64,000 nt of DNA from an uncultured bacterium (GTDB taxonomy: Bacteria > Patescibacteriota > Minisyncoccia > Phycocordibacterales > CAIRYW01): positions 293,048-357,047 of the forward strand of contig CAVYBO010000002.1 in assembly GCA_963766885.1 (NCBI GenBank), given 5' to 3'. Under the pieces are notes generated by a model. That model was not told the DNA's origin, searched no databases, and saw nothing but the letters and a program-made list of their open reading frames with translations. This document shows, one piece after another, positions 55,923 through 64,000 of this stretch. Numbering within the stretch: position 1 is the stretch's first letter; each line of letters begins with the position of its first letter. A program made the translations under genes and the position numbers.

Positions 55923-57005
55923 CTATTCGTTCTCCTTTTTATCCTCTTTTTTGTAACCCTCTGATAGGAAACCACTACTTAATCCGTAAAATTTATTCTG
56001 CTGTAATTTAAATATTTTCTTATTTCTTAAATCAATTTGTTTTTTTGAATTGTATAAAGCCTTTTGTTCTTCCAAATGTTTTATGGTTTCCTCATCATCA
56101 TCAGCTTTTGGCTCGCGAGGTTTCTCAATGGTAGGGGTTATAACTTCTGCGCTTACACCATTTTCAAAATGTTTCAGCAATAACTTAAAAAGTATTCTTA
56201 TGTTACTTTTGTTTTCGTGGTTTTCAATTTTTAATTGTTTTGTAAGTTCTTCAATTATAGCTTCACTTTTTTCTTCCTTGTCAGCGTCATTAATATCATC
56301 CATAGCCTTCTTTCTGTCATCTCTGAGATGTTCGTAAGCCTTTTTTGCCGCCTCCGTCATTTGAATTGTTTCGTATATTTTAAGAGCGTGTTCAAGCGCA
56401 ATACCAAAATAATGTGCAAGTTGTTCACCTGTTTGTATAAATATTTGTATTGTTCCGTTACTTACATAACTAATTATGAATTCTTTATCCTGATTAGTCG
56501 CTGTTGCAATTTCAACCAAAAATAATTTTAAGTCATGTAGAACTTCTTCAAAATTTGTTAATTTTTGGTATTCAAGTGGAAAAGAAAATCCGATCTCATA
56601 TTCTTTTTCAGTTAGTTCTCTTGCTTCAATATCTAGAGCATTGAGAGAATTTTTAATTGTATTTAGTTTGTCTATAGCCTCTTGACGTTGTGTTGTAAAA
56701 TCTGTAAGTTTTTTTAAAACCTCATGTCCTTGGCTACTTAAGATATTGTTTAACTCTATCCATGTTCGATCTCCAAAAAAAGTTTCTATCTTCAAATCTT
56801 CAAGAATTTCAAAATCTGTTAAAGCATAGTTAGATAGGCGTGTTTTATTAAGTTCTTTTTCAAGAGAACTTAATTCAGTATTTAATACATCTGGTGTATT
56901 TTGAGTATAAAGGGCAAGTATATTTTGGAATTTAGCCTGAAGTCCAAAGTTTTTTTCGTCTTGTTGAATATCCTCTATAACTTTTAGTAGTTTACCTGTA
57001 TCCAT
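55923..57005 (-). CDS. Hypothetical acidic coiled-coil protein
   Basis: 360 aa, Glu/Lys-rich, predicted long coiled coils. Confidence 0.4.
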   Translation of the reverse strand: MDTGKLLKVIEDIQQDEKNFGLQAKFQNILALYTQNTPDVLNTELSSLEKELNKTRLSNYALTDFEILEDLKIETFFGDRTWIELNNILSSQGHEVLKKLTDFTTQRQEAIDKLNTIKNSLNALDIEARELTEKEYEIGFSFPLEYQKLTNFEEVLHDLKLFLVEIATATNQDKEFIISYVSNGTIQIFIQTGEQLAHYFGIALEHALKIYETIQMTEAAKKAYEHLRDDRKKAMDDINDADKEEKSEAIIEELTKQLKIENHENKSNIRILFKLLLKHFENGVSAEVITPTIEKPREPKADDDEETIKHLEEQKALYNSKKQIDLRNKKIFKLQQNKFYGLSSGFLSEGYKKEDKKENE

Positions 57006-57048
57006 ATTTTAGTTTATAACATATTTTTTCATTTTTATCAAAAATGTT

Positions 57049-57834
57049 CTAGTTTAACCTATTAACAATTTGATTAAGAAAATCTCTAGTCTGCGAATCC
57101 ACAGCACCATAATCAGTATTTATCGGCGTCCTTGTAATGACATTCTCGTAAACATCAGCAAAATCTTCTGAGGGAGAAGAAGCATAACTTTCAGTAGGAT
57201 CATTTCCATCATCGTCTTCTAAGGGCATATTTGCAGGTATACCTCTAAGTGCATAATATTCTTTCCATTCTTGAGCTGTTAAAGTACCTGCAACAGCATG
57301 GCCGAGTTCGTGTGTAAGATCTCCTGCAAAATTATTGTTTAACACAATTTTGTTTATGTATATCAATGACTGACCGCTTCTATATCTGCTATATGAAGCC
57401 CCTTCTGAAAGCCACATCGTATTTAGAGGTGGTAGCTTAGCGGATAAGCCGTTGCTTGGCTCGATGATGTATTGATTATCTGAGTATGCCAAACTATTGA
57501 CAATAATTATCGGAATATTTTTTAACATACTCTCAGGAAATTTTGCATTGTAAACAATTTGAGTAATCTGATTTTTTAAATCGTCAGTTAAGTCATTTGT
57601 ATTCGGGTAATCTATTTGTCCTAGATAAAAAGTGTAGCCGAGATTATTTACCTGTTCTAAAGGAATTTGATTAGATGATGAGGGGTTTGATTGTTTTTCA
57701 GAAAGATTGTTTACAAAAGCGTGTAGTTCATAGCAAAAAGTTTGCGTTGGACAGTCTGTAATTCTCCATTGAAAGAAGATATATGTTCCGATTAACAGAA
57801 TAAAAATTATTATGAATGAATATGTATTTTTCAT
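57049..57834 (-). CDS. Secreted/membrane-anchored putative zinc metallopeptidase (HExxH)
   Basis: 261 aa. N-terminal signal anchor and LTHELGHAVAG motif. Confidence 0.5.
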   Translation of the reverse strand: MKNTYSFIIIFILLIGTYIFFQWRITDCPTQTFCYELHAFVNNLSEKQSNPSSSNQIPLEQVNNLGYTFYLGQIDYPNTNDLTDDLKNQITQIVYNAKFPESMLKNIPIIIVNSLAYSDNQYIIEPSNGLSAKLPPLNTMWLSEGASYSRYRSGQSLIYINKIVLNNNFAGDLTHELGHAVAGTLTAQEWKEYYALRGIPANMPLEDDDGNDPTESYASSPSEDFADVYENVITRTPINTDYGAVDSQTRDFLNQIVNRLN

Positions 57835-58035
57835 TTTTTAAACGCAAAAAGCCCACCACATAGGTGATTGCTTTCGCAACCCATATCGGTTTCCCAATAT
57901 GACCAGTAACGGTGACCCCATATGATGGGTTCTTTATTCGTTACTGGTTTTTTGCCATGCCATTAAAAATTAATGGTTTAGGCCCTATTTAGTTGTAAAG
58001 AAATTATAACCCAAACTTTTAAAAATTACTCCTTC

Positions 58036-58908
58036 GTGTATTCTTATAGCACTCAAATGACAGACTTAGCCGAAAGCCTTAATACGCGCCTTAACTTAGC
58101 CGTCCAGAGCACATCGGACAGAGACTTTTACCAGTGTCTCTATCACTATTTTGATTTCATAGAAAAAACGCCAGAACTGAAAAAGATTTTTGAAGATAGT
58201 GAGAAAGACTATTCAGAAAAACACGGTAAGCGATGGGAAAAGCGTCCAATGACAGATGATGAAGCTGAAGAGGCAGAATCTCAAACCATTAAGTTAGAGC
58301 GTTTTAACTTGTATGCTGTGGGATGCACAATTTATGTAAGAATATATTTGCCGATTGACGATTACAAAAATACTGATGCGCCAGATAATAAACAAGACCC
58401 CGTTGCCCTTCTTCTTGTTCGCGGAATGGATTACACCGTCAAGCTAAAAAAATGGAGCGAAAAAACTTTGAAAATATATAACAAATGGTTTGATGGTAAG
58501 CGTAATCTTTACGAATCAGAACTGAAACGTTTTCATGTCATGCTTTTAGATGAGTTAGCAAAGCCAAAACCAAGGACAACAAGTAAACCAGAAATTATTT
58601 TTGATAAAGAAAACAGTATCTTAAAAATAGATGACAAAGAAGTCCATATAAAACTAAAAAATGATTTACCCAATTCGCATTATGTTTTAGAGTATGTTTT
58701 TACTAACGAAGACGGTCTAAAAGAAAAATCTTTTTATAGCGATATCCTAGAGTCAAAATTTCCTGCTGAAAAAATGGACTGGCGATCTATTTATCGTGCT
58801 TGTAACGACATAAACAAAAAAGTTAGCGAACAAGCCAACATAAATAAATTTTTTATAGTAAAAACTGGTAAAACAGGCTATGCGCAAATAAATTCTGACT
58901 ATTTGTAA
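58036..58908 (+). CDS. Hypothetical protein (290 aa), first gene of a plus-strand mobile module
   Basis: No known domain. Followed by a weak CCCC-GA-GGGG hairpin plus T run (58957-58979). Confidence 0.45.
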   Translation: MYSYSTQMTDLAESLNTRLNLAVQSTSDRDFYQCLYHYFDFIEKTPELKKIFEDSEKDYSEKHGKRWEKRPMTDDEAEEAESQTIKLERFNLYAVGCTIYVRIYLPIDDYKNTDAPDNKQDPVALLLVRGMDYTVKLKKWSEKTLKIYNKWFDGKRNLYESELKRFHVMLLDELAKPKPRTTSKPEIIFDKENSILKIDDKEVHIKLKNDLPNSHYVLEYVFTNEDGLKEKSFYSDILESKFPAEKMDWRSIYRACNDINKKVSEQANINKFFIVKTGKTGYAQINSDYL

Positions 58909-59113
58909 ATCGTACCCGTAAGATACCGTAATAGTGTTTAGAGACAATCTCCTCAACCCCGAGGGGATTTTATGTTTTTACAATTCAGCCAAATATTAAT
59001 AATACGCATCCAGAAATACTTTAAGCAGAAGCATAGTATCGATATTTCTGATGAAGTTGCCAATGAATACTTGCACTCTCTAGCAGGAATGTTTGCTGTG
59101 CTTGCAGAGATGG

Positions 59114-59168
59114 AAGGGGGCAAGTCCCCGCCCGATCCTCTTGAGAGGACGGGCGGGGCTGACCCCGT
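59114..59168 (+). other. Cluster of G+C-rich hairpins (GGGGG-caagt-CCCC; CCCCGCCCG-N15-CGGGCGGGG; GGGG-ctga-CCCC) immediately upstream of the rep gene; candidate double-strand origin / nick site or terminator
   Basis: 9-bp perfect GC stem 59126-59134/59150-59158 with nested and overlapping alternative stems. Exceptional GC for this genome. Sits 35-90 nt upstream of the Rep start. Confidence 0.4.
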
Positions 59169-59201
59169 TTGATGACTTGCTAATTACCCAACTCAATACA
59201 A

Positions 59202-59978
59202 ATGAAAAAGAAAAGTGAATACGTAAAAATTATTATTTCAGGAAAAAATTTAGAAACATATGAATACGAACGAAAACCAAACCCTATCAGACGGAGAAAT
59301 AGAAGAAAAAGCAAAGATACTGATGGTGATGAGAATCTGGGAGTTAGTGGACAAGATACATTTTCGGAAAGAAAGCTGGGGAAAAGACAAGATCACGCAC
59401 GACACGCTGGTATGGATTTCCGAAGGCTTGTTACATCTAACCTTGTCGGAACTGAACTTCCTGTACTCGTTACTCTTACCTATAAGGAAAACATCACCGA
59501 TATCAGTGTCGGATACAAGGACTATCGGTCTTTTATCCAGTCTCTCCGCTATAAATACGGAAAAGTTTTCAGGTACGTCTGTGTCCCAGAATTTCAAGGG
59601 CGTGGTGCCGTTCATTTTCACGCTTTGTTCTGGGGGCTACCCGCTGAATTATTTTTACATGAACGAAAAACTCGTCTCCTCGCAGGAATATGGGCAAAAG
59701 GATTTGTTTACGTAAAGTTTACTGATGGTCACGAAAAAATATCTTCTTACTTATCAAAATATATGCAAAAAGCTTTTATTGATCCAAGATTAAGAAATCA
59801 AAAGGCCTATGTGGCCTCTAGAAATATAAAGCGTCCATATGTAAAATCGGGCTCTTTTTCTGTTTCCTATATCATTGACGATTATGTTGGTGATGACAGC
59901 TCTCCTGTGATAGATAAGACCTACGACACTAAATGGCTAGGTAAATGTAGGTATCGGGTATTCAAGGCTTCCAATTAA
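59202..59978 (+). CDS. Rolling-circle replication initiator (HUH endonuclease; phiX174 gpA / Microviridae VP4-like Rep)
   Basis: 258 aa. Motif II KVFRYVCVPEFQGRGAVHFHALFWG (HUH) and motif III SYLSKYMQK (YxxKYxxK catalytic Tyr), with the spacing typical of superfamily I Rep proteins. Confidence 0.75.
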   Translation: MKKKSEYVKIIISGKNLETYEYERKPNPIRRRNRRKSKDTDGDENLGVSGQDTFSERKLGKRQDHARHAGMDFRRLVTSNLVGTELPVLVTLTYKENITDISVGYKDYRSFIQSLRYKYGKVFRYVCVPEFQGRGAVHFHALFWGLPAELFLHERKTRLLAGIWAKGFVYVKFTDGHEKISSYLSKYMQKAFIDPRLRNQKAYVASRNIKRPYVKSGSFSVSYIIDDYVGDDSSPVIDKTYDTKWLGKCRYRVFKASN

Positions 59979-60003
59979 TAAATAAAAGTGATTATATAAT
60001 GCT

Positions 60004-61518
60004 ATGAAATACATACTTTACTGCCGAAAATCAACAGAATCAGAAGACAGACAGGTTCTATCATTAGAATCCCAAAGAAAAGAACTCTTGGATTTGGCAA
60101 AATATGAAGACCTTGAAATTATTCTGACTCTTGAAGAAAGCAAATCGGCCAAAGAGCCAGGCCGTCCTATTTTTAACGAAATGCTTCAGATGATTTCTTC
60201 AGGAAAAGCAGATGCTATTCTCTGTTGGAAAATTGATCGTCTCACAAGAAATCCTGTTGATGGCGGACAAGTACAATGGCTTCTTCAAAACGGAATGATT
60301 AAACACATAAGAACTTTTGAAAAAAGTTTCTATTCTAACGATAATGTTTTGCTTATGGGTATTGAACAGGCTATGGCTAATCAATACGTTATAGATTTAA
60401 GTCTGAATGTTAAAAGAGGTCATCGTACAAAACTTGAAAAGGGCGACTGGCCTAATAAAGCTCCTTTTGGATATATCAACGATAAAGTCAGCAAAACTAT
60501 TAAGATTGATAAAAAATTTGGCTCATATGTTTTTAGAGCCTTTGAATTATATTCAACAGGTGGATACACGTTAAAACAAATTTCAGATATTTTGTATCAA
60601 GAAGGAATGAGAACAAAAACTGGAAATAAGATTAAGAAGAGCCAAATTCACAGAATTCTACACAATAAGCTTTACTGTGGCTTGATGGAGAAAGACGGAA
60701 AAACATATCATGGCAATCATGAAGCATTAATCTCTGTTTCTCTATTTAATAAAGTTGATGATGTTTTGCATGGCAGGCATCATCCTCGTCCAAATATACA
60801 CTTCTATTCTGCACGTGGATTTCTATCTTGTGCTTCTTGTGAATGTACTTTAACTACTGATACAAAAAAAGGTTACATTTATTATTACTGCACTAATGGC
60901 AAAGGAAACTGTGAGCAACATAAAAAATATCTAAGATCGGAAATGATTGATTCTCTTCTTTCAAGTATGTTCAAGGAACTGGCCTTTGACAAAGAGTTGA
61001 TTGAAATGGCTGCAGAAGCCTATAAAGAGAGAAATGAGCTCAAAAACGACTATACTGCTTCAAGCATAGAAAACCTCTCTAATGAGCTTAATTCTCTTCT
61101 GGAAAAAGAATCTGCCCTCGTAGATGGATATAGTTCTAAGATAATACGTGAAGAAGTTTATAGAGCCAAGGTTCAGGAAATACAAAACAAACGCATAGAA
61201 ATTGAGAAACAAATCAAAGAAACTGAAGCTAAAGGCGGAATAAGTAAAGTCACTTTCGAACAGATCAAAAATGTCTTTTTAGATAGTAGTAGAGCCTCAG
61301 AAACGTATTTGGAACTTACGGAAGAAGAAAAGAGAAAGATGCTAGAAAAATTACTTTCGAACGCTTCTATAGAAAACCAAAAAATCGTTAAATACCAATT
61401 CAAAAGTCCATATCAGATACTTGCAAATACCTCAAAAAATACCGATTTGGAAACACTACTGCGGGACCTGGATTCGAACCAAGATACCCTGCTCCAGAGG
61501 CAGATGTCCTACCATTAG
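60004..61518 (+). CDS. Large serine recombinase (resolvase/invertase catalytic domain + recombinase + zinc-ribbon + coiled coil)
   Basis: 504 aa. N-terminal YCRKSTESEDRQVLSLESQ (catalytic Ser), DRLTRN, and a downstream Cys cluster (CASCEC...CTNGKGNC). The last approx. 20 codons overlap tRNA-Gln on the opposite strand, so the true C-terminus may be shorter. Confidence 0.85.
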   Translation: MKYILYCRKSTESEDRQVLSLESQRKELLDLAKYEDLEIILTLEESKSAKEPGRPIFNEMLQMISSGKADAILCWKIDRLTRNPVDGGQVQWLLQNGMIKHIRTFEKSFYSNDNVLLMGIEQAMANQYVIDLSLNVKRGHRTKLEKGDWPNKAPFGYINDKVSKTIKIDKKFGSYVFRAFELYSTGGYTLKQISDILYQEGMRTKTGNKIKKSQIHRILHNKLYCGLMEKDGKTYHGNHEALISVSLFNKVDDVLHGRHHPRPNIHFYSARGFLSCASCECTLTTDTKKGYIYYYCTNGKGNCEQHKKYLRSEMIDSLLSSMFKELAFDKELIEMAAEAYKERNELKNDYTASSIENLSNELNSLLEKESALVDGYSSKIIREEVYRAKVQEIQNKRIEIEKQIKETEAKGGISKVTFEQIKNVFLDSSRASETYLELTEEEKRKMLEKLLSNASIENQKIVKYQFKSPYQILANTSKNTDLETLLRDLDSNQDTLLQRQMSYH

Positions 61519-61529
61519 ACGATCCCGCA
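61459..61529 (-). tRNA. tRNA-Gln (anticodon CUG)
   Basis: Minus-strand sequence TGCGGGATCGTCTAATGGTAGGACATCTGCCTCTGGAGCAGGGTATCTTGGTTCGAATCCAGGTCCCGCAG folds into a cloverleaf. 7-bp acceptor with U1-A72, D-loop AATGGTA, anticodon loop CTCTGGA (U33, CUG, G37), T-loop TTCGAAT, discriminator G. CCA not encoded. Confidence 0.85.
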
Positions 61530-61639
61530 AAATATTCAAGGAATACAAAAAAGCTGTTGTCAGCTTTTGAACCTATAGATTAGCGTTTTTTGGGTAAAAA
61601 ATCAAAAGCTGTGGATTTGTAATAAAGGAATAAGTGGTA

Positions 61640-61897
61640 AGATTATGTTGGTAATCCATTTAAATATGAACATTCCCACCTTTCCTCCACCACCCCCAGA
61701 ACACCCTCAAGAACAAGACCTTCGGCAATCTTTTGGGCAACTGCTTGAAGAACAAGTCGTGAAAAACTTTTTCCCCGAAAGCGGTCTGCCGATGGAACTT
61801 CCCCGCACACACGATACTGGAAACAGGCGTATGCGCAACCAGGAAAGCGGCGAGCAATCACCCTCCATACCACTTCTTTAGTTCTTTCAATAAAAAA
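61640..61897 (+). other. GC-rich segment (approx. 50% GC) of unknown nature adjacent to tRNA-Gln; candidate ncRNA or small Pro-rich ORF (61645-61881)
   Basis: Open in several frames on both strands, typical of a GC-rich patch. Ends at a strong plus-strand terminator. No match to tmRNA, RNase P or SRP motifs could be recognised by eye. Confidence 0.3.
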
Positions 61898-61931
61898 GCG
61901 GACGGCTCCCTCAAGCCCTCCGCGATTTTTT
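61898..61931 (+). terminator. Rho-independent terminator (GCGGACGGCT-ccctca-AGCCCTCCGC followed by GATTTTTT)
   Basis: 10-bp stem with one mismatch, followed by T6. Confidence 0.6.
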
Positions 61932-61949
61932 ATCTATATTTTTTAATTT

Positions 61950-62762
61950 TTAGTACCCGCTTGCTTGTGTTTGCGCGGAAGTGTTTGCGTTAACATTTGC
62001 GTTTGCGCTGCCGCTTAGATTGGAACGAAGTGTGTTGACCACAGCTTCCAGAACCTTAGCTTTAACTGCTAGAGATGACGTTGCGCTAGCAGTTGCGTTT
62101 GCATTCAATGTGGCTCTTGTATTGGATTGAAGATTGCTGTTAAGACTTGTATCATTAACCGACGCCAAGAATCTGTACCATGGGTAATGAAATTTGACAT
62201 TGCCGCTGTTATCAACACTGACAGAGACAGACATATTCATTGGAATAAATCCAAACAATTTTGCAGGCTCTTTGTAATTAACATTAACACTACTGGAATC
62301 CACAGCCACTCCGCTAACATTTGCGTTCGCATTCATTTCTGATTTTATAAACGAGTCAAGGCCAGCTGACGTTGAAACATTTGCGGCAGAAGTCACGGCA
62401 GTGTTTGAATTTGCGCTTGTATTTGAGCTTGTGTTTATATTTGCATTTGCGTTTAAATCCACACTTGGATTAGGCAAATCAATAGCTGAGCCCAAACTCA
62501 AACCTGTAGAGTTATTTGAGGAAGTAGATGCAGAAGACTGGTCACCAGCGTTAATTGTAGAACTAGAGCTTGTTTCCAAAGAAGATCCTAAATTCACGCT
62601 TAGAATATCTCCAGACGAGGATTCAGAAGCTCCTTGTGAAGTATCCGAGCCCGAAACATAAGTTGCGGCGCTTGCATACAACACTCCAGATAGAGGTAAG
62701 ACAGCAAGCAAACAGGCGGCTCCGCCATCCGCTAACAGTTTTTTGATTATTTTATTAGTCAT
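61950..62762 (-). CDS. Secreted low-complexity Ser/Ala/Asn/Thr-rich repeat protein
   Basis: 270 aa with an N-terminal signal peptide. Body dominated by S/N/A/T with ANANVN-type repeats. Likely a surface protein. Confidence 0.5.
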   Translation of the reverse strand: MTNKIIKKLLADGGAACLLAVLPLSGVLYASAATYVSGSDTSQGASESSSGDILSVNLGSSLETSSSSTINAGDQSSASTSSNNSTGLSLGSAIDLPNPSVDLNANANINTSSNTSANSNTAVTSAANVSTSAGLDSFIKSEMNANANVSGVAVDSSSVNVNYKEPAKLFGFIPMNMSVSVSVDNSGNVKFHYPWYRFLASVNDTSLNSNLQSNTRATLNANATASATSSLAVKAKVLEAVVNTLRSNLSGSANANVNANTSAQTQASGY

Positions 62763-62854
62763 AGTAAATTTTGTTTATGCACAATATGCCCGACAGCATA
62801 CAGTGTTGTAAACGGAGCAAAACCACAATTATTACAGCCAATTCAATTTTATGC

Positions 62855-64000
62855 CTACGATTTCTTCAGAGCGGCTTTTATGAACGAATTAAAAAGCGGC
62901 TGAGGATTGAGAGGCCTGGCTTTGAATTCGGGATGAAATTGTGTACCTAGGAAAAACGGATGTTTGGACTTTGGCAGCTCGGCAATTTCCATAAGCTTGC
63001 CACTTGGAGAAGTGCCAGAAAAAACAAGTCCGGCAATTTCCAAGTCTTTTATATACATAGGATTAACTTCGTATCGATGTCTATGTCTTTCGGAAATTTG
63101 TTCTTTTTTGTAGCTTTCATAAGCAATAGTGCCGTTCTTCAGGATAGCAGGGTAAGATCCAAGCCGCATTGAACCGCCGTAGTCTTTGTTCAAAAGCTTT
63201 TTTTCCTGATCAGGCATTATATCGATGACAAGACGGCTTGATTTTTTATTGATTTCAGAAGTGTTGGCGTCTTTCCAGTGCAAGACATTGCGCGCATATT
63301 CAATTACCATCAATTGCATTCCGTAGCAAAGTCCAAAATAAGGAATTTTGTTTTCGCGGGCAAATCTAATGGCCGATAGCTTGCCTTCAATGCCAGTTTC
63401 TCCAAACCCTCCAGGCACGACGATGCCGTCAAATTTTTTTAGATCCCTTAAGGCCACAGGATTCTTTTCAAAATCTTTAGAATTAATCCACGTCAGCCTG
63501 GCTTTGACTCCATGCTTGTATGCCGAGAATTTTATAGCTTCAATAACAGAAAGATACGCGTCTGACAATGTAAAATCTCCAGTATCAAAATATTTTCCGA
63601 CAATCCCGATGTTCACCGATTTTTCAGTTTCCTTGACACTTTGAACGAATTTTTTCCAAGAAGAAATATCAGGTTTCATTTTTTTCATGCTGAGAAGCTT
63701 CAGGATAATTCCGCTGATATTGTCTTTCTCCAAATTTTCAGAAACTTCATAAACAATATCAACATCTGGAGCAGAAATGACGTACTCGCTTGGAATGCTG
63801 CAAGAATTAGCGATTTTTTCTTTTCTTTTGGAATCCATACGTACTTCGCTGCGAGCCACCAAGATGTCGGCTTGCACTCCGTATGAATTAAGCATCCTCA
63901 TCGCGTTCTGTGTAGGCTTGCTTTTCATCTCGCCAAGTTTGCCCGGCACAGGTAAATACGAAACCATTATAAAAATTACATCTTTTGGATTTCTTAACTT
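62855..64000 (-). CDS. pyrG: CTP synthase, C-terminal part (glutamine amidotransferase domain and end of synthetase domain); N-terminus lies beyond the window
   Basis: GATase class I triad region (GLCYGMQ, HPEF) and upstream synthetase-domain sequence (GKYFDTGDFTLSDAYLSVIEAIKFSA). The reading frame stays open to the window edge. Confidence 0.9.
   Translation of the reverse strand, partial: KLRNPKDVIFIMVSYLPVPGKLGEMKSKPTQNAMRMLNSYGVQADILVARSEVRMDSKRKEKIANSCSIPSEYVISAPDVDIVYEVSENLEKDNISGIILKLLSMKKMKPDISSWKKFVQSVKETEKSVNIGIVGKYFDTGDFTLSDAYLSVIEAIKFSAYKHGVKARLTWINSKDFEKNPVALRDLKKFDGIVVPGGFGETGIEGKLSAIRFARENKIPYFGLCYGMQLMVIEYARNVLHWKDANTSEINKKSSRLVIDIMPDQEKKLLNKDYGGSMRLGSYPAILKNGTIAYESYKKEQISERHRHRYEVNPMYIKDLEIAGLVFSGTSPSGKLMEIAELPKSKHPFFLGTQFHPEFKARPLNPQPLFNSFIKAALKKS

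Noticed and set aside
61643-61881. Three overlapping ORFs (plus and minus) in the GC-rich patch as separate genes
   Set aside because: Mutually exclusive and typical of GC-rich sequence. At most one is real, possibly none.
1-64000. CRISPR arrays, rRNA genes, additional tRNAs
   Set aside because: No short regularly spaced direct repeats, no rRNA-like conserved stretches and no other cloverleaf-compatible GC-rich 70-90-nt segments were seen on either strand.

Overview
AT-rich bacterial chromosomal segment with islands of higher GC, small genes, few Shine-Dalgarno sites and many hypothetical proteins. Most genes lie on the minus strand. A Patescibacteria/CPR-like or other small-genome lineage is possible, but this is inference only. 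The window is bounded by partial housekeeping genes: ribosomal protein bL25 on the minus strand at the left edge and CTP synthase on the minus strand at the right edge. Recognisable genes include a ccdA / thioredoxin-like / msrA / msrB oxidative-repair operon, mltG, a GH37 trehalase, a DEAD-box helicase, ABC transporters (one exporter looks frameshifted), bcp, and a lexA operon. The lexA operon has a Cheo-type SOS box in its promoter spacer. An IS1595-family element with two passenger ORFs and 10-bp flanking direct repeats sits 20 bp from that operator. Three regions deserve a second look. (i) A tightly packed six-gene array at 41844-49549: one stand-alone PPDK_N-type ATP-binding domain protein followed by five tandem paralogs, each with a divergent N-terminal domain and a C-terminal PEP-utilizing phosphohistidine swivel domain. 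This looks like a split, multi-module RPH/PEP-synthase-like phosphotransferase system. (ii) A defence-like island at about 51.4-57 kb: two HEPN-motif proteins, an AbiEii/DUF1814 nucleotidyltransferase fused to a WYL domain and zinc ribbon, and an orphan HslV/proteasome-beta-like Ntn hydrolase with a propeptide that appears frameshifted. (iii) An integrated mobile module: an HUH rolling-circle Rep, a large serine recombinase and GC hairpins, abutting a tRNA-Gln(CUG) whose sequence is overlapped by the 3' end of the recombinase ORF. Several GC-rich non-coding patches (466-722, 49550-49666, 61640-61931) and a 116-nt cytosine-free G-tract region are candidate structured RNAs or regulatory DNA. No CRISPR array or rRNA was seen.
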